Source: an uncultured Acidobacteriaceae bacterium
Lineage (GTDB): Bacteria; Acidobacteriota; Terriglobia; Terriglobales; Acidobacteriaceae
DNA length: 64,000 nucleotides
NCBI GenBank assembly: GCA_963697035.1
Contig: CAVOMN010000004.1
Location: forward strand, 27,723-91,722
Reading direction: 5' to 3'
The notes under the pieces were generated by a model. That model saw nothing but the letters and a program-made list of their open reading frames with translations, ran no database searches and was not told where the DNA came from. The translations under genes were made by a program, and so were the position numbers. Shown one piece after another: positions 21,759-32,202 of this stretch; within the stretch, counting starts at the first letter, position 1, and each line of letters starts with the position of its first letter.

Positions 21759-23234
21759 TTACGAGACTGCGGTGAGCGCCTCGCTTTTTACCGCCGGCAA
21801 TGTCAGAAGAAAGGCGGTGCCGCGCTTCCCGGCTATTTCGGGTTCAAGCTGCAGAGTACCGCCGTGCGCGAGCGCTATTTTTCGAGCGACATACAGACCC
21901 AGCCCCGAGCCGGGCGCCAGATCGCGGGTTTGGGACCCCCGGTAGAAACGGTCGAAGATCTTTTCTCTTTCACTTCGCGTGATCATGCGCCCATCGTTCC
22001 ATACCCGGACTGTCACAAATCCATCTTGTGAACGAACGTCGACCTCAATTTCGGAACCGGGGGGCGAGTATTTGGCGGCATTGTCCAGCAGTTGGCGTAG
22101 AGCCAATTGAATAAGCTCCGAGTCGGCCGAAACCTCCGCGGATTCCACAGCCTTCGTCACGGAGAATTTCCGGTCAGTCCAACGCGCCGAATATTGTTGG
22201 ACCAGGTTGCTTACCAGACTCAGCGCATCAATAATTTCCAGTTGCGGCTTCACCTCCTCTCGATCGAGGCGGGCCACACGGAGCAATCGAGAAGTTAACC
22301 GCGCCAAACGGGAAGCCTCCACTTCCGCCAGTTCGGCCAGTTGCAACTGTTCAGGACGCAATCCGCCAATTTCACGCAGGCCGCTGGAGGCAGTGACGAT
22401 GGTGGCAAGAGGAGTTTTGAATTCGTGAGCCAGGGCGTCAAGAATCGCACCGCGAAACACTTCCGCCTGAGCCGCAGCGGCAGCGTAGCTCGCATTGCGA
22501 AACACGTGCGCTCTTTCCAGGATGGCCGCGGCTAATGCTGCCAACGGACCGGCGGTCAACTCCGGATTGCGCAAGCCCTCGAATCCAACTGCTCCAATGG
22601 TCTTACCACCGGCCTGAAGAGGACGGGTGTGGATCGCGGAAACGGTGTCATCTCCGTCCACTCGTTCAATATAGGCCGCTCTGGTTCTATCGGCCAGGTC
22701 AGCCGGGGAGTCACCCGCGCTGTAGAGTTCCGCGTTCGTCCCATCGAATAAACAGGCTGCCCGCATACCGAAAACCGTGCGGAACAGAGCGACCGACTTG
22801 CTTAGCATTCCGCCGCCCGGGTCCAATGCCAGCAACTGTTGTGCTAACTGGTAGAGGAGCTTCATGTCGCGGCGTTGAAGTTCCGATATCTCGCCTTCCT
22901 GCCGCACTTGAGTTGTGAGCCGGGTAATGACCAGCCCGGTGAGCAAAAAAGTAATCAGCGCCCAAGTGTCCGAGGAGTCACTGACCCGCAAGGAAAAGAT
23001 GGGAGGCACGAAAAAGAAATTCAAACAGAGGTCTGCGATGACGGAAACAATGGCCGAGGAAACGAAATCGCCGAGAAGGGATTGCAATACCACAACAATC
23101 AAATAAAGGAGGCTGGTCGCCGTGAGGTTTAGCCCCAACCCATAACAGATGAACGTTACCAGCCCGACCAGAAGTGTGCCGGGAATTGCCCGCAAACCGG
23201 AACGCCACTGGCTTGGGTTTATAACGCTCTTCAT
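21759..23234 (-). CDS. sensor histidine kinase, KdpD C-terminal type (DUF4118 membrane module, GAF-like, HisKA, HATPase)
   Basis: 491-aa ORF with 3-4 N-terminal TM helices. H-box LAHEFKTPLATI. N/G boxes LLDNAAKYSPPGS and GSGLGLYVARKIALAHGG. Confidence 0.9.
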   Translation of the reverse strand: MKSVINPSQWRSGLRAIPGTLLVGLVTFICYGLGLNLTATSLLYLIVVVLQSLLGDFVSSAIVSVIADLCLNFFFVPPIFSLRVSDSSDTWALITFLLTGLVITRLTTQVRQEGEISELQRRDMKLLYQLAQQLLALDPGGGMLSKSVALFRTVFGMRAACLFDGTNAELYSAGDSPADLADRTRAAYIERVDGDDTVSAIHTRPLQAGGKTIGAVGFEGLRNPELTAGPLAALAAAILERAHVFRNASYAAAAAQAEVFRGAILDALAHEFKTPLATIVTASSGLREIGGLRPEQLQLAELAEVEASRLARLTSRLLRVARLDREEVKPQLEIIDALSLVSNLVQQYSARWTDRKFSVTKAVESAEVSADSELIQLALRQLLDNAAKYSPPGSEIEVDVRSQDGFVTVRVWNDGRMITRSEREKIFDRFYRGSQTRDLAPGSGLGLYVARKIALAHGGTLQLEPEIAGKRGTAFLLTLPAVKSEALTAVS

Positions 23235-23375
23235 AAGACTGCCGGTAGTCCACGACCGGTGTTAAAGCTTTCGGAGTCTGATTCTATCGAAAGTCTCGTC
23301 GTCAATCCGTGGAACATTGTGGCCCGCGACTCGGACCGGTCAGCGAGTCGACGGCAGTGCCGCCCAATGGATTCG

Positions 23376-26135
23376 TTATCGCGATTGCGACTCATCGGAA
23401 TCTGCCCAACGGCATTCCGCAGGCGGCATCACAGTTTCTCCTTTGAGATTGAAATACCGGGTAGCGGTTATGCCGCCAATGGGGTTGTAATCGCGCTCGG
23501 CCCGGCAGTAGCCGCCGCGTCTTTCAACCGGAGATCCGTCAAGCCCGAAGTAGGTCTCTTCCGTTTGATTGCCGCGGCTGTCATAGACTCCTTTGAGAAG
23601 CGCATAGCCATCCGGATGCAAAGTGGGCTTCTCATCGGTTCCAAAAAATGCCTGCTCGACCACATTGCCGCGCGCGTCATACTTTGATTGCAGGCGGGCA
23701 AAACCTTCCTTGCCCACGATCAGAGCGCCATCCACCCCGTGACACTGGGTGGTCAGCACATTTCCGCGATCGTCATACTCAGCAACCAACCGGGCCAGGT
23801 GATCTTTGCCAAGAATAGGCTTCCCATCCACACCGAAAATCTTTACCTCGGTGTAGTTCCCCCGCGCATCGTAGGTTTTCACCACGCTGGCGCAACCCCT
23901 CGCGTCCAGAATGGGCCGGCCGTCCATGCCGAAATAATCTTCTCTGGTGCGGTTGCCCCGCGCGTCGTAGGCGAAAGTGGTTCTCGCATAGCCAGCTTTT
24001 CCCAGGATAAGTGAGCCGTCGGCGCCGAAGTAGCTTTGCTCGATCGGATTTCCGTGCGCGTCAAAAACAGAAACCATCCGGGCATAACCGTTCTTCCCCA
24101 CAATCGGAGCACCGTCAGTTCCGAAACTCGCAATCTCCGTCAGGTTCCCGCGCGCGTCGTAAGCAAAGGTCACTCGCGCATAGCCATCGCTGGTCAGGAT
24201 GGGCGCATCATCCACGCCCAAATAGGCCAGAGCTACCACGTTCCCGCGCGCGTCGTAAGCGGATATTTCCCGGGCAGAACCTCTCTTGCACTGTGTGGGC
24301 GCTCCCTTCTCATCAAAATAGGCTCTGCTGGTCTCGGCGCCGCGAGCGTCATACGCAAAAGTGATTCGCGCATAGCCTTGCTTCGACAAGATGGGCTCAC
24401 CGCTTACCCCAAAATAAGCGCACTCCGTGATGTTGCCACGCGGATCGAACTTTGCGGTGCATCGAGCGTGACCATTGGCGCACAGGATGGGAGCACCGTT
24501 CACAGCAAAACAGGCCCATTGTGTCATGTCATTGCAGGAATCATAGCTGCACGTCGCGCGGGCGTAACCATCCGTACATGGAATGGGAGCACCATCGGGG
24601 CCGAAAAATACCTGCTCGATCACGTTCCCTTTAGCATCATATTGCGAAGTTGTGCGGGCATATCCCTGCCGTGACACAACCGGCTCACCGTTGGGCCCAC
24701 GGTAAGAGCTTGCCCGGACGTGACCAAATTCGTCGTATTCATTCCCCCAAATTGCTATCCAATCTTCATTGCACGAGGGCACGCCGTGGTCATCCCGGCA
24801 GATCAGACGAGTAGCATTGCCATCATTGTCGTATTCGGTGGTGACGGAAGCGTATTCCCGGCCCGTCACGATCAACTGGCCAAGGCTATCGTGATAAGAC
24901 CAGCGCGTCAGGCGGTGCGCGGAATCGTACTCGTGATGTTCCTCGGCTACGCCATTCCGCTGCGTAACACACTGGCCCGCGGCATCCAAATACCAGGTGC
25001 GGATTCGCAACCCGCAACTGTCAACTTCATAGCCCTCTCCGTAATTGCCGGCTGCGTCCTGGGCCGGAGTATTGAAAGTGTCCCGGGCATAGTGCCGCCG
25101 AGCAACAAAGGCTCGATCGTCATACGTCAAGAGATGGCGAACGATCTCCGCGTTGCTGATCAAGAGCTGGTTCATTTCCTTCCGGGTGAAACCCAAACCG
25201 CCCGCGAACGATCCCTGCGCCACTGCACGGTCGTCCTCAGTTTGAAAATCCACGGTGCGGGCGTCCCGGCTATAGGTCTGCCGAAGTTTGACCCCTCCAT
25301 GCCGGTTGCGGGAGTCAACTGCTTCCACAGTACCGTTGGAACGGTAAGTCACGTCCAGCTGAGCGACTCCACTGTCGTCTTCCCGCAACATGCCATGGCT
25401 ATCCACCCGCTTTACGCTTTGCACCCGGCCATCGCGCATGTCGAATTGCCAGGAGAACTGGCGGCGCGCGACATTTTCCGCTGAAAGCCGTCCAACTCCT
25501 TCGGGAACACCGCGGCGCCAGACCACGTCGTGAAAGTATTCGCTCTTGGTTTCGCGTTTGCGGAGCGTGGCGAGGCACTCCCGCAAATCAGAGAGAGAGC
25601 AATTCAGCAGCCCTGCGAGCAACCGGTCGCGCGCCAGTTCCTTGAGTTCCTGGTCCGTCATATTTTGCCGGGCGGTGACGTCGGCACCCGCTGGAACCAC
25701 TAACTCCATGACCGTGGCCGGCCCCTCGCCGACCATGCGGTATTGCCGAAGCTCGCTGGGAAAGGACTCCTCGGGACGGCCCGAGGTAAGTAGGACAAGA
25801 ATCCTGTCAGACCGTTCCCAGTGCTTGAAGAGGGCAATTTCGGCGCGCACCCAATCCGACTTGGGAGTGTTGGGAGAGCAAACCACGATCAGGTGGGAGG
25901 AATTCCAGAGGGCCGCTTTGAGATCACCGGAAAGGTCGGCACTGGCCGACATTTCGTTGTCGTCCCGGAAAATGAGTCCAACGCGGTCAGGAACGCCCTG
26001 CTTGCGGAGGGGTTCGGGTGTGTCGAAATTTCCCAGCGCCTCGACCAGCCATTCCGCCCACTGGGTATCCTCCGGAAGGCGTCGGTAGCTGACAAAGACA
26101 CTGTACTTCGGTTCTTCAAGCCCAGGCATGCGCAT
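23376..26135 (-). CDS. cytoplasmic TIR-domain protein fused to a YD/RHS-like repeat array
   Basis: ORF 23376..26213 opens with GTG; the likely ATG is at 26135 or 26129. TIR pattern YSVFVSYRR..LIFRDDNEM..HLIVVCSPNTPKSDWVRAEIALF. No signal peptide or TM segment. The following ~700 aa are YDxxGN-type repeats. Confidence 0.85.
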   Translation of the reverse strand: MRMPGLEEPKYSVFVSYRRLPEDTQWAEWLVEALGNFDTPEPLRKQGVPDRVGLIFRDDNEMSASADLSGDLKAALWNSSHLIVVCSPNTPKSDWVRAEIALFKHWERSDRILVLLTSGRPEESFPSELRQYRMVGEGPATVMELVVPAGADVTARQNMTDQELKELARDRLLAGLLNCSLSDLRECLATLRKRETKSEYFHDVVWRRGVPEGVGRLSAENVARRQFSWQFDMRDGRVQSVKRVDSHGMLREDDSGVAQLDVTYRSNGTVEAVDSRNRHGGVKLRQTYSRDARTVDFQTEDDRAVAQGSFAGGLGFTRKEMNQLLISNAEIVRHLLTYDDRAFVARRHYARDTFNTPAQDAAGNYGEGYEVDSCGLRIRTWYLDAAGQCVTQRNGVAEEHHEYDSAHRLTRWSYHDSLGQLIVTGREYASVTTEYDNDGNATRLICRDDHGVPSCNEDWIAIWGNEYDEFGHVRASSYRGPNGEPVVSRQGYARTTSQYDAKGNVIEQVFFGPDGAPIPCTDGYARATCSYDSCNDMTQWACFAVNGAPILCANGHARCTAKFDPRGNITECAYFGVSGEPILSKQGYARITFAYDARGAETSRAYFDEKGAPTQCKRGSAREISAYDARGNVVALAYLGVDDAPILTSDGYARVTFAYDARGNLTEIASFGTDGAPIVGKNGYARMVSVFDAHGNPIEQSYFGADGSLILGKAGYARTTFAYDARGNRTREDYFGMDGRPILDARGCASVVKTYDARGNYTEVKIFGVDGKPILGKDHLARLVAEYDDRGNVLTTQCHGVDGALIVGKEGFARLQSKYDARGNVVEQAFFGTDEKPTLHPDGYALLKGVYDSRGNQTEETYFGLDGSPVERRGGYCRAERDYNPIGGITATRYFNLKGETVMPPAECRWADSDESQSR
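23418..24665 (-). repeat. 13 consecutive 32-aa (96-nt) coding repeats, consensus GYARxTxxYDARGNxxExxYFGxDGxPIxxxx
   Basis: Read directly from the translation; the period is exactly 32 residues through the last 416 aa before the 13-aa tail. Confidence 0.8.
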
Positions 26136-26217
26136 GCATCCAGGCCAGAAAGTATAACCCGCTTGAAGATAACCCGCGCGCTTCCCTGGTCCGCGCGCTA
26201 CGAATGGCTTCACACCC

Positions 26218-27118
26218 TTACTTTAGGGCCCCGCACTTACTTAAGATGACGCGGAGATGTTCGCGATCTGCCGCGAATAACGCAGGGAGTGGCGGTCGAA
26301 CCGGACCTACATTGATGCCGCAGAGGTTCATGGCTTCTTTAATCACGGAGGTCGAATAACCGGGATGCTTGACCCGCATATCAAAAATGGCGAGTGTGTC
26401 TCTTTCGACAATTCTTGCCGCTTCTTCCAGTTGCCGGTTCTGCAGGCAGGTCATAATTCCCGTGAGGTTTGCGGCATAAAGTTTACGATGCCGCTGGTAA
26501 ACCCTTCACGCCTAAGGCTGCATAGCTTGGCATCAGAATCTCGCCCACTCCGCACAGCATCTCAAAGCGGTCGCCGACGGCTGCTGTTGTCGAACAAACT
26601 GTTTCATATCACCATGCTCATCTTTAAGCCAACCATGTTAGGGATCTCAGCGAGTCGACGAAGCAAAGCCGGGCTGAAATGAACTCGGGGGTCTGGAAGA
26701 GGATGACCCCAAGATCGGTGGCCTTCGCGGCCGCCTGATAATACGCAAACATGCCCTCCTCATTCGATCTGGAAAAGTGAGGCGGAAGAATTAAGATGCC
26801 GTCGGCGCCATATGCTTCGGCCGCCTGTGCCAGTTCGCAAGTGTCCGGAAGGGAGAACCCGGTTCCGACTAACACGGGCTTACGTTTGCCGACTTCTTCG
26901 ACTACGGTGCGGCCCACCAATTTCTGCTCGTTGAGCGAGAGGGAGAAAATTTCGCCGTTATTGCCCAACGCAACCACCAAATCGCAATATTTCGCCAGAT
27001 GGGCGGCGTTCTGCCGCAGAGATTGCTCATCGATCGTCAAATCCTGGTGGAAAGGCGTAACTCCAAATCCAATCAGGCCATGTAGCGCCGACTTCAGTTC
27101 AGCAGGACTTAGTCCCAT
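26218..27118 (-). pseudogene. DapA/DHDPS-family aldolase/dehydratase, frameshifted
   Basis: N-terminal 26624..27118 (GLIGFGVTPFHQDLTIDEQSLRQNAAHL..GADGILILPPHF). C-terminal 26218..26454 in another frame. The middle part is only readable in a third frame. Confidence 0.7.
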
Positions 27119-27216
27119 AGATTCCTCCGATGGATGAGAAGCGGTGCGCTATGACCTTCATTCCTATAGTTGTTATTGTTTCGACGGCACAAAACAAAGC
27201 GAATGTGCGCCGCGGT

Positions 27217-28476
27217 TTATGTTCTCTCGTCCACCAATCGGACGCCGGCAGTTCTGCAATGCGTAGGATGTACCAAAACAATGACCACAATGGCGGCACA
27301 AATAATCATGCCCGAGCCCGCGACGAACACCGACGCGTAAGAGACATTGGCCACCAGCCATCCCGTTACCAGAGTGAAAGCCATTCCCCCGATTGCTCCC
27401 GCCGTTCCTGTCAGACCGGTCACCTGTCCCACTTCATGGCTTCCAAAAAGATCAATAGGCAAACTCAGCATGTTGCTGGCCCAACCTGTATAGCCAAATA
27501 ACACAACGCTAATCCAAGCCAGCGCGTTGCCGCGCTGGAAGCGCGGGCAGCGAAATGCCGCAAAGCATGAGAAGTGCGCCATAACCCATCACTATTTTCC
27601 GAGCCTTCACTTCGGAAATCCTCTCCCGACAAGGGCATCCGATACGTATCCACCAAACCAGCCACCCACACCGGCAAAAACAAATGGGATCCAGGCGGTA
27701 TGACCGATTTGTGCGAGACTGAAGCCCCGACTGTGTGCCAAATAGCTGGGTAGCCAAAATGCGTAAAACCACCACACTGGGTCGGCCAATGACCGGGAAA
27801 TCATCAAGCCCCCAACAGCCCGGTTGCGTAAATGCGACCGGAACGAATGGCTGCCATTCGAGGAAGTCGCCGTCGGTTCTGGTTCCGCAACTGGTTCGCG
27901 TTTATAAAGGACGCTCCACAGCAAAACCCAGATGAAGCCCGACAGCCCGACCACAACGAACATCATCCGCCATCCCCAGATTGCCGTGACTGCGGAAACA
28001 ATCGGCGGGGCGATAATCGCGCCGGCAGTTGAGCCACTATTGAATACACCGACAGCAAAGGCACGGCGAGGCATGGGAAAGTTCTCGCTCACCGCCTTGA
28101 CCGCTCCAGGCCAATTGCCGGCCTCCGCCATCCCCAACAAAAAACGAAGAACCCCAAAACTCAGTACTCCGGCAGAAAGGCCGTGCAGCATGCTCACTAC
28201 CGACCACGCGGCAACACACAGCAACATGCCCAGCCGGCTGCCGGTCTTATCAATCAATCCGCCTGCCAATGCCTGGCTGATGGTGTAACCAAGAAGAAAA
28301 ACAAAAATGACGTGCGAATAATCCAGGGTAGAAAGTGAGATTTGGACTGCCAGAACTGGCGCAACTACGGACAGGGCCTGCCGGTCGAGGTAATTGACGG
28401 CGGTCGCGGCAAATAACAGGGCCATGAACAACAAACTCATAGCCGCGAGTTGATCGCTTGATTGGCTTGAGACCAT
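27217..28476 (-). pseudogene. MFS transporter (hexuronate/ACS-like), frameshift near 27.6 kb
   Basis: 27607..28476 (AVNYLDRQALSVVAPVL..GGLIDKTGSR..GMAEAGNWPGAVKAV) continues as 27217..27582 in another frame. Confidence 0.75.
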
Positions 28477-28479
28477 TGT

Positions 28480-29256
28480 TCAGTCGGTGTGGTGGATGCC
28501 GGAAAAGATTGTCCGCCCGGCGTCAACATACAAAGTGGTACCCGTTATGCAGCGCGCCATATTGGACACCAGAAAAACGGCAGCATTTGCTACATCCTCG
28601 GGAAGGATGCGAATGGGCAAGGGTTGCAGTGCAATCAGTTCGTCAACGGAGATATGGGGACGCTGCGCGAAGTATTCCAGACTGAGTGGGGACATGACCA
28701 ATCCTGGGGCGATGGCGTTGACGCGGATTCCCTTCGCCCCAAAATCCACGGCAAGACTTCGCGTCAGTGAAAGCAGCCCGCCCTTTGCCACGCCGTATGG
28801 AAAAGCTTGCGCTTGGGCGCGTTCCGCGTGCGTCGAGGCAATATTGATGATCGAGCCTCCACCTGCCTTGATTAACAGTGGCAAACCTTGTTTGCAGCAA
28901 AACCAGGCACCCTTGAGATCGACGTCAAGACACCGGTCCCATTCGCGCTCCTCCAGGGTCATTGCATTTTTGTACACATACATGCCTGCGGCGTTCACGA
29001 GGATGTCGAGTTTTCCCGAGCGTTTCCCAATCTCCTCGAATGCGGCGGACACCTGTTCAGAGGATGAAACATCGGCATGGACCGCAAATGCTTGGCCGCC
29101 GGACTGCCGGATTTCTTCGGCTACGCACTCGGCAGCAGCCATGTTTTGGTCGAGAATAATTGAGAAAGCTCTCTGATGGGTGAAAGCAAGGGCAATGGCT
29201 CTGCCGATCCCTGATGCACCACCTGTAATTAGAGCGACTCTATCTGCGAGCATCAT
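28480..29256 (-). CDS. SDR-family oxidoreductase
   Basis: 258-aa ORF. TGGASGIGRA cofactor motif and YGVAKGG active-site motif. Confidence 0.9.
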   Translation of the reverse strand: MMLADRVALITGGASGIGRAIALAFTHQRAFSIILDQNMAAAECVAEEIRQSGGQAFAVHADVSSSEQVSAAFEEIGKRSGKLDILVNAAGMYVYKNAMTLEEREWDRCLDVDLKGAWFCCKQGLPLLIKAGGGSIINIASTHAERAQAQAFPYGVAKGGLLSLTRSLAVDFGAKGIRVNAIAPGLVMSPLSLEYFAQRPHISVDELIALQPLPIRILPEDVANAAVFLVSNMARCITGTTLYVDAGRTIFSGIHHTD

Positions 29257-29262
29257 GGTTCT

Positions 29263-29656
29263 TTATTTAATGGAGTTGTTGGTTAAATCCGTTTCTTGAA
29301 AACCACCCAGATCAATATTGGGGTCGTCCAATGTCATCCCCAGATCTCGCCGGTTAAAAATAATGACGATCGTGCCCGGCACTAATGCCTCCGGGGAATG
29401 ATGGACGCCACGCGGGATAATCGTGAAATCGCCGCGATTCGAGTTCCAACATGCCGTCCCCGGTATGAATACCGAGCCGGCCTTCGAAGACAAACCAACC
29501 CTCGTCACCATTGGGATGGGAGTGCCATGGAAAACGGCCGATGGTTTTCGCCACTCGCACCGTGTAGTCCTCGTCCACGCCGATGACGTGAAAATTGGTG
29601 CGCGGGGGGTGAGGGGCTAACAGCTCAAGAAGGTTGACCTTGGTTGGTTTCCACAT
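29263..29656 (-). pseudogene. cupin-domain protein, one frameshift
   Basis: 29354..29656 (FPWHSHPNGDEGWFVFEG) and 29263..29511 (FTIIPRGVHHSPEA) overlap in different frames. Confidence 0.6.
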
Positions 29657-29657
29657 A

Positions 29658-30902
29658 TTATTTCTTTCGAACCCCCTGCAATCCTGTACTTAGATTTACC
29701 TTCCAGGCGATGTCATGAATGTCCGGCACGGATTGGTCAATCTCATATTCGCGCCAGCCAATCTTGTAGTGCAGCGCTTTCACCTTGTCCCAGTCGATGT
29801 CGACACCTAGGCCGGGGCCTTCGGGAACCAGCATGTATCCCGACTCGTAGAGAATTGGATTAATCGCCGGATCTTCGGTGTACAACTTGGGTCCAATCGC
29901 GACGGTCGGATAGTGAATATTGATTACGGCAGCTCCGACATGAGCCTCCGCGGCGGTTCCCAGCGAAGTTTCCTGTGTCGTGCTTAAGATGGTTCGCAGA
30001 CCCAGCGTCTCGGCAACGGCGAACACCTTCAACGACTCCCGCATGCCGCCATGAGCGCTGTTCGCAACGTTGATGATGTCGATTGCGCGCGCCTTCCACA
30101 TGGCGAGCGCGTGCCGCGCGTCGCCCACATGCTCACTGACCGGGATATCGAGTTTGGCCCTTGCCTCCGCCATGCCCTCGATATTGTGAAACGGAGCGAT
30201 ACTCTCGACGTACTGGGGCTCGTAGTATTTCCGCATGCGATGGATCAACCGCACCGAGTCGGTGGGATGAACGTGATTGCTGAGATCAAAGGCCTGCATG
30301 GTGATGCGGTCGCCCACCTGGTTTCTGAGGGCGGAGAGGAAAATTTCGTCGAAGTCCGGCGCGCCTCCAATGTACAGGCGGAAATTATCGAAGCCTTCGC
30401 CAAGAAACCGTTCCACCAGCGCTAGATTCTGCTCGACATGCTTTTCATTGAGGTTTCTGAAAATCGGGATGCAGACCTTGATCCTGGTTCGTACCGGCCC
30501 ACCAAAGAGCGCGTAAACCGGAACTCCCAGAGCCTTACCGGCAATATCGTGCAGCGCCATCTCAAATCCTGCACGAAGACTCCCGGTGTAAATGCCGGTA
30601 TCACCACGCCCGGTCAAAAGCAGGCCGAGAAGATGGTCGAGCCTTGCCACTTCCATGGCGTTTTGGCCGCACAGCACATTGGACAGGCTCTTTTGGAGAT
30701 CTTCCAGATCGGGCATGGTGAGCGGCAGGTCGGTGATATCGGCGTATTCGCCGACACCGGCAATCCCGGAATCTGTATCCAGGCGAATGAGAACATGCTG
30801 CGACGCATCGCCGGATATTCGCGGGGTTCGGATTGGATACAGGCTGATTTTCGTAATAATTACCGAATTCTTGCGATTCAGATGGTCACTGTTTTCGGTC
30901 AC
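29658..30902 (-). CDS. enolase-superfamily (mandelate racemase/muconate lactonizing) enzyme
   Basis: 414-aa ORF. Capping domain plus TIM-barrel pattern (GVGEYAD, ALHDIAGKALGVPVYALFGG, FDLSNH, VSEHV). Confidence 0.85.
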   Translation of the reverse strand: MTENSDHLNRKNSVIITKISLYPIRTPRISGDASQHVLIRLDTDSGIAGVGEYADITDLPLTMPDLEDLQKSLSNVLCGQNAMEVARLDHLLGLLLTGRGDTGIYTGSLRAGFEMALHDIAGKALGVPVYALFGGPVRTRIKVCIPIFRNLNEKHVEQNLALVERFLGEGFDNFRLYIGGAPDFDEIFLSALRNQVGDRITMQAFDLSNHVHPTDSVRLIHRMRKYYEPQYVESIAPFHNIEGMAEARAKLDIPVSEHVGDARHALAMWKARAIDIINVANSAHGGMRESLKVFAVAETLGLRTILSTTQETSLGTAAEAHVGAAVINIHYPTVAIGPKLYTEDPAINPILYESGYMLVPEGPGLGVDIDWDKVKALHYKIGWREYEIDQSVPDIHDIAWKVNLSTGLQGVRKK

Positions 30903-32128
30903 GCGACGCTCCTTTTAAGCTTTCCGAGAGTATTTGCTGCCGCCGTCAATAGGTGCACCGGGGCCAGGCCGTAGTGATACAGTTGCACCGCGCGAAATCC
31001 TTCAGCGTGCAAGAAGGCGAGCCGGGATTCAATCGCCGCCTCCGACATAACATCCGGGGGGAAGATTCGAATGCCCGCGATCCACCGGGAAGCATCGTTT
31101 ACGCAACTCAATGCTGTCTCAAAGCGCTTGCGAAAGGCGCTTTCGTTGGGTTCAAACACAACCAGTAATAGCTGATTGGCTAATTGCAGTGTCTCCGGAG
31201 GATTTGCGCCAAATAAGGCGCCACACTCGAACGGCGAGAGCCCCGAACTCACAGTCAATTCGATGGCACGCGGAACAATTCCGCGTATTTCCTGTAGCAG
31301 GCTCAGGACACACTGACTGCGAGCACGCAGCAAGGTTTGCGCCGTCTCGTCACCGAGAAGCCGCTGCAGCTCTTCCTGTGCGTGCGCTGCATCTTTGACG
31401 GCCGAGGCTCCTCTGAAGAATGCAGCCAGGCGCTCACGAAATTTGCCGGCCACAAGGTCGATATCCAGACCGGCCGCTTGAAAAGCCGTCCTGCAGTGCA
31501 AACAGAAACAACAAGAGAAGAGGAAGTGGTGAAACAGATCAAAAGCAACCCCGCATTTTTCATGTAGCGACAGATGTTCATAACCGTAGAATCCGACGGC
31601 CTCAAGCTCGAGCGCATGCACTGAACGGTTGGAGATCGCACGCACCAGCCGCAGGGCATACTCCCGCGCTCTTGGTGCGGAGGGGCATAGCGCGTGAGCA
31701 AAAACGTCGCCAAAGCAATTGGTAATTGCAGAATCGGGATTCGCACTCGCCAGCGGTGTGCTGTGAAATACAACCGTCCACGCTTTCACCCGCAAGCCTG
31801 TTCTCTCCGCTTGCTCCGCAAGGGACTCAACCGGCCCTTGGTCGGTCGCCCAATCCGCACAGGGTGGTTGTACGCCGGAAGCGGGAAACTCCCCGGACCG
31901 CGGCCGGAAGCCAAGCGCAGCACTGGCAGACATTACTTTGCGACCCTCGCGGTGGGGACTGAAAGCACGGACGGAATGGTAGGCAAAGGGTATGCTGATC
32001 GCATTCGCTCCCAGGCGGCGAATGTGTAACAGCCGATCCCCTGGATCGGCGTCCGTGAGATCCCAGGGATAGACCCAGAAAATCTGCTCAGCGAAAGCCA
32101 TTTGCCATTGCCCCTTCGCCATCAACAA
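30899..32128 (-). CDS. hypothetical protein (409 aa)
   Basis: Long intact ORF whose stop overlaps the start of the downstream enolase-family gene by 4 nt. No domain recognisable by eye. Confidence 0.6.
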   Translation of the reverse strand: MLMAKGQWQMAFAEQIFWVYPWDLTDADPGDRLLHIRRLGANAISIPFAYHSVRAFSPHREGRKVMSASAALGFRPRSGEFPASGVQPPCADWATDQGPVESLAEQAERTGLRVKAWTVVFHSTPLASANPDSAITNCFGDVFAHALCPSAPRAREYALRLVRAISNRSVHALELEAVGFYGYEHLSLHEKCGVAFDLFHHFLFSCCFCLHCRTAFQAAGLDIDLVAGKFRERLAAFFRGASAVKDAAHAQEELQRLLGDETAQTLLRARSQCVLSLLQEIRGIVPRAIELTVSSGLSPFECGALFGANPPETLQLANQLLLVVFEPNESAFRKRFETALSCVNDASRWIAGIRIFPPDVMSEAAIESRLAFLHAEGFRAVQLYHYGLAPVHLLTAAANTLGKLKRSVA

Positions 32129-32202
32129 CAGACGAACAAATTACGGAATCTAGGATGAGCACCTTACCGCTTTCCTTAAAGGACATTTCACTGCAGAACA
32201 TT

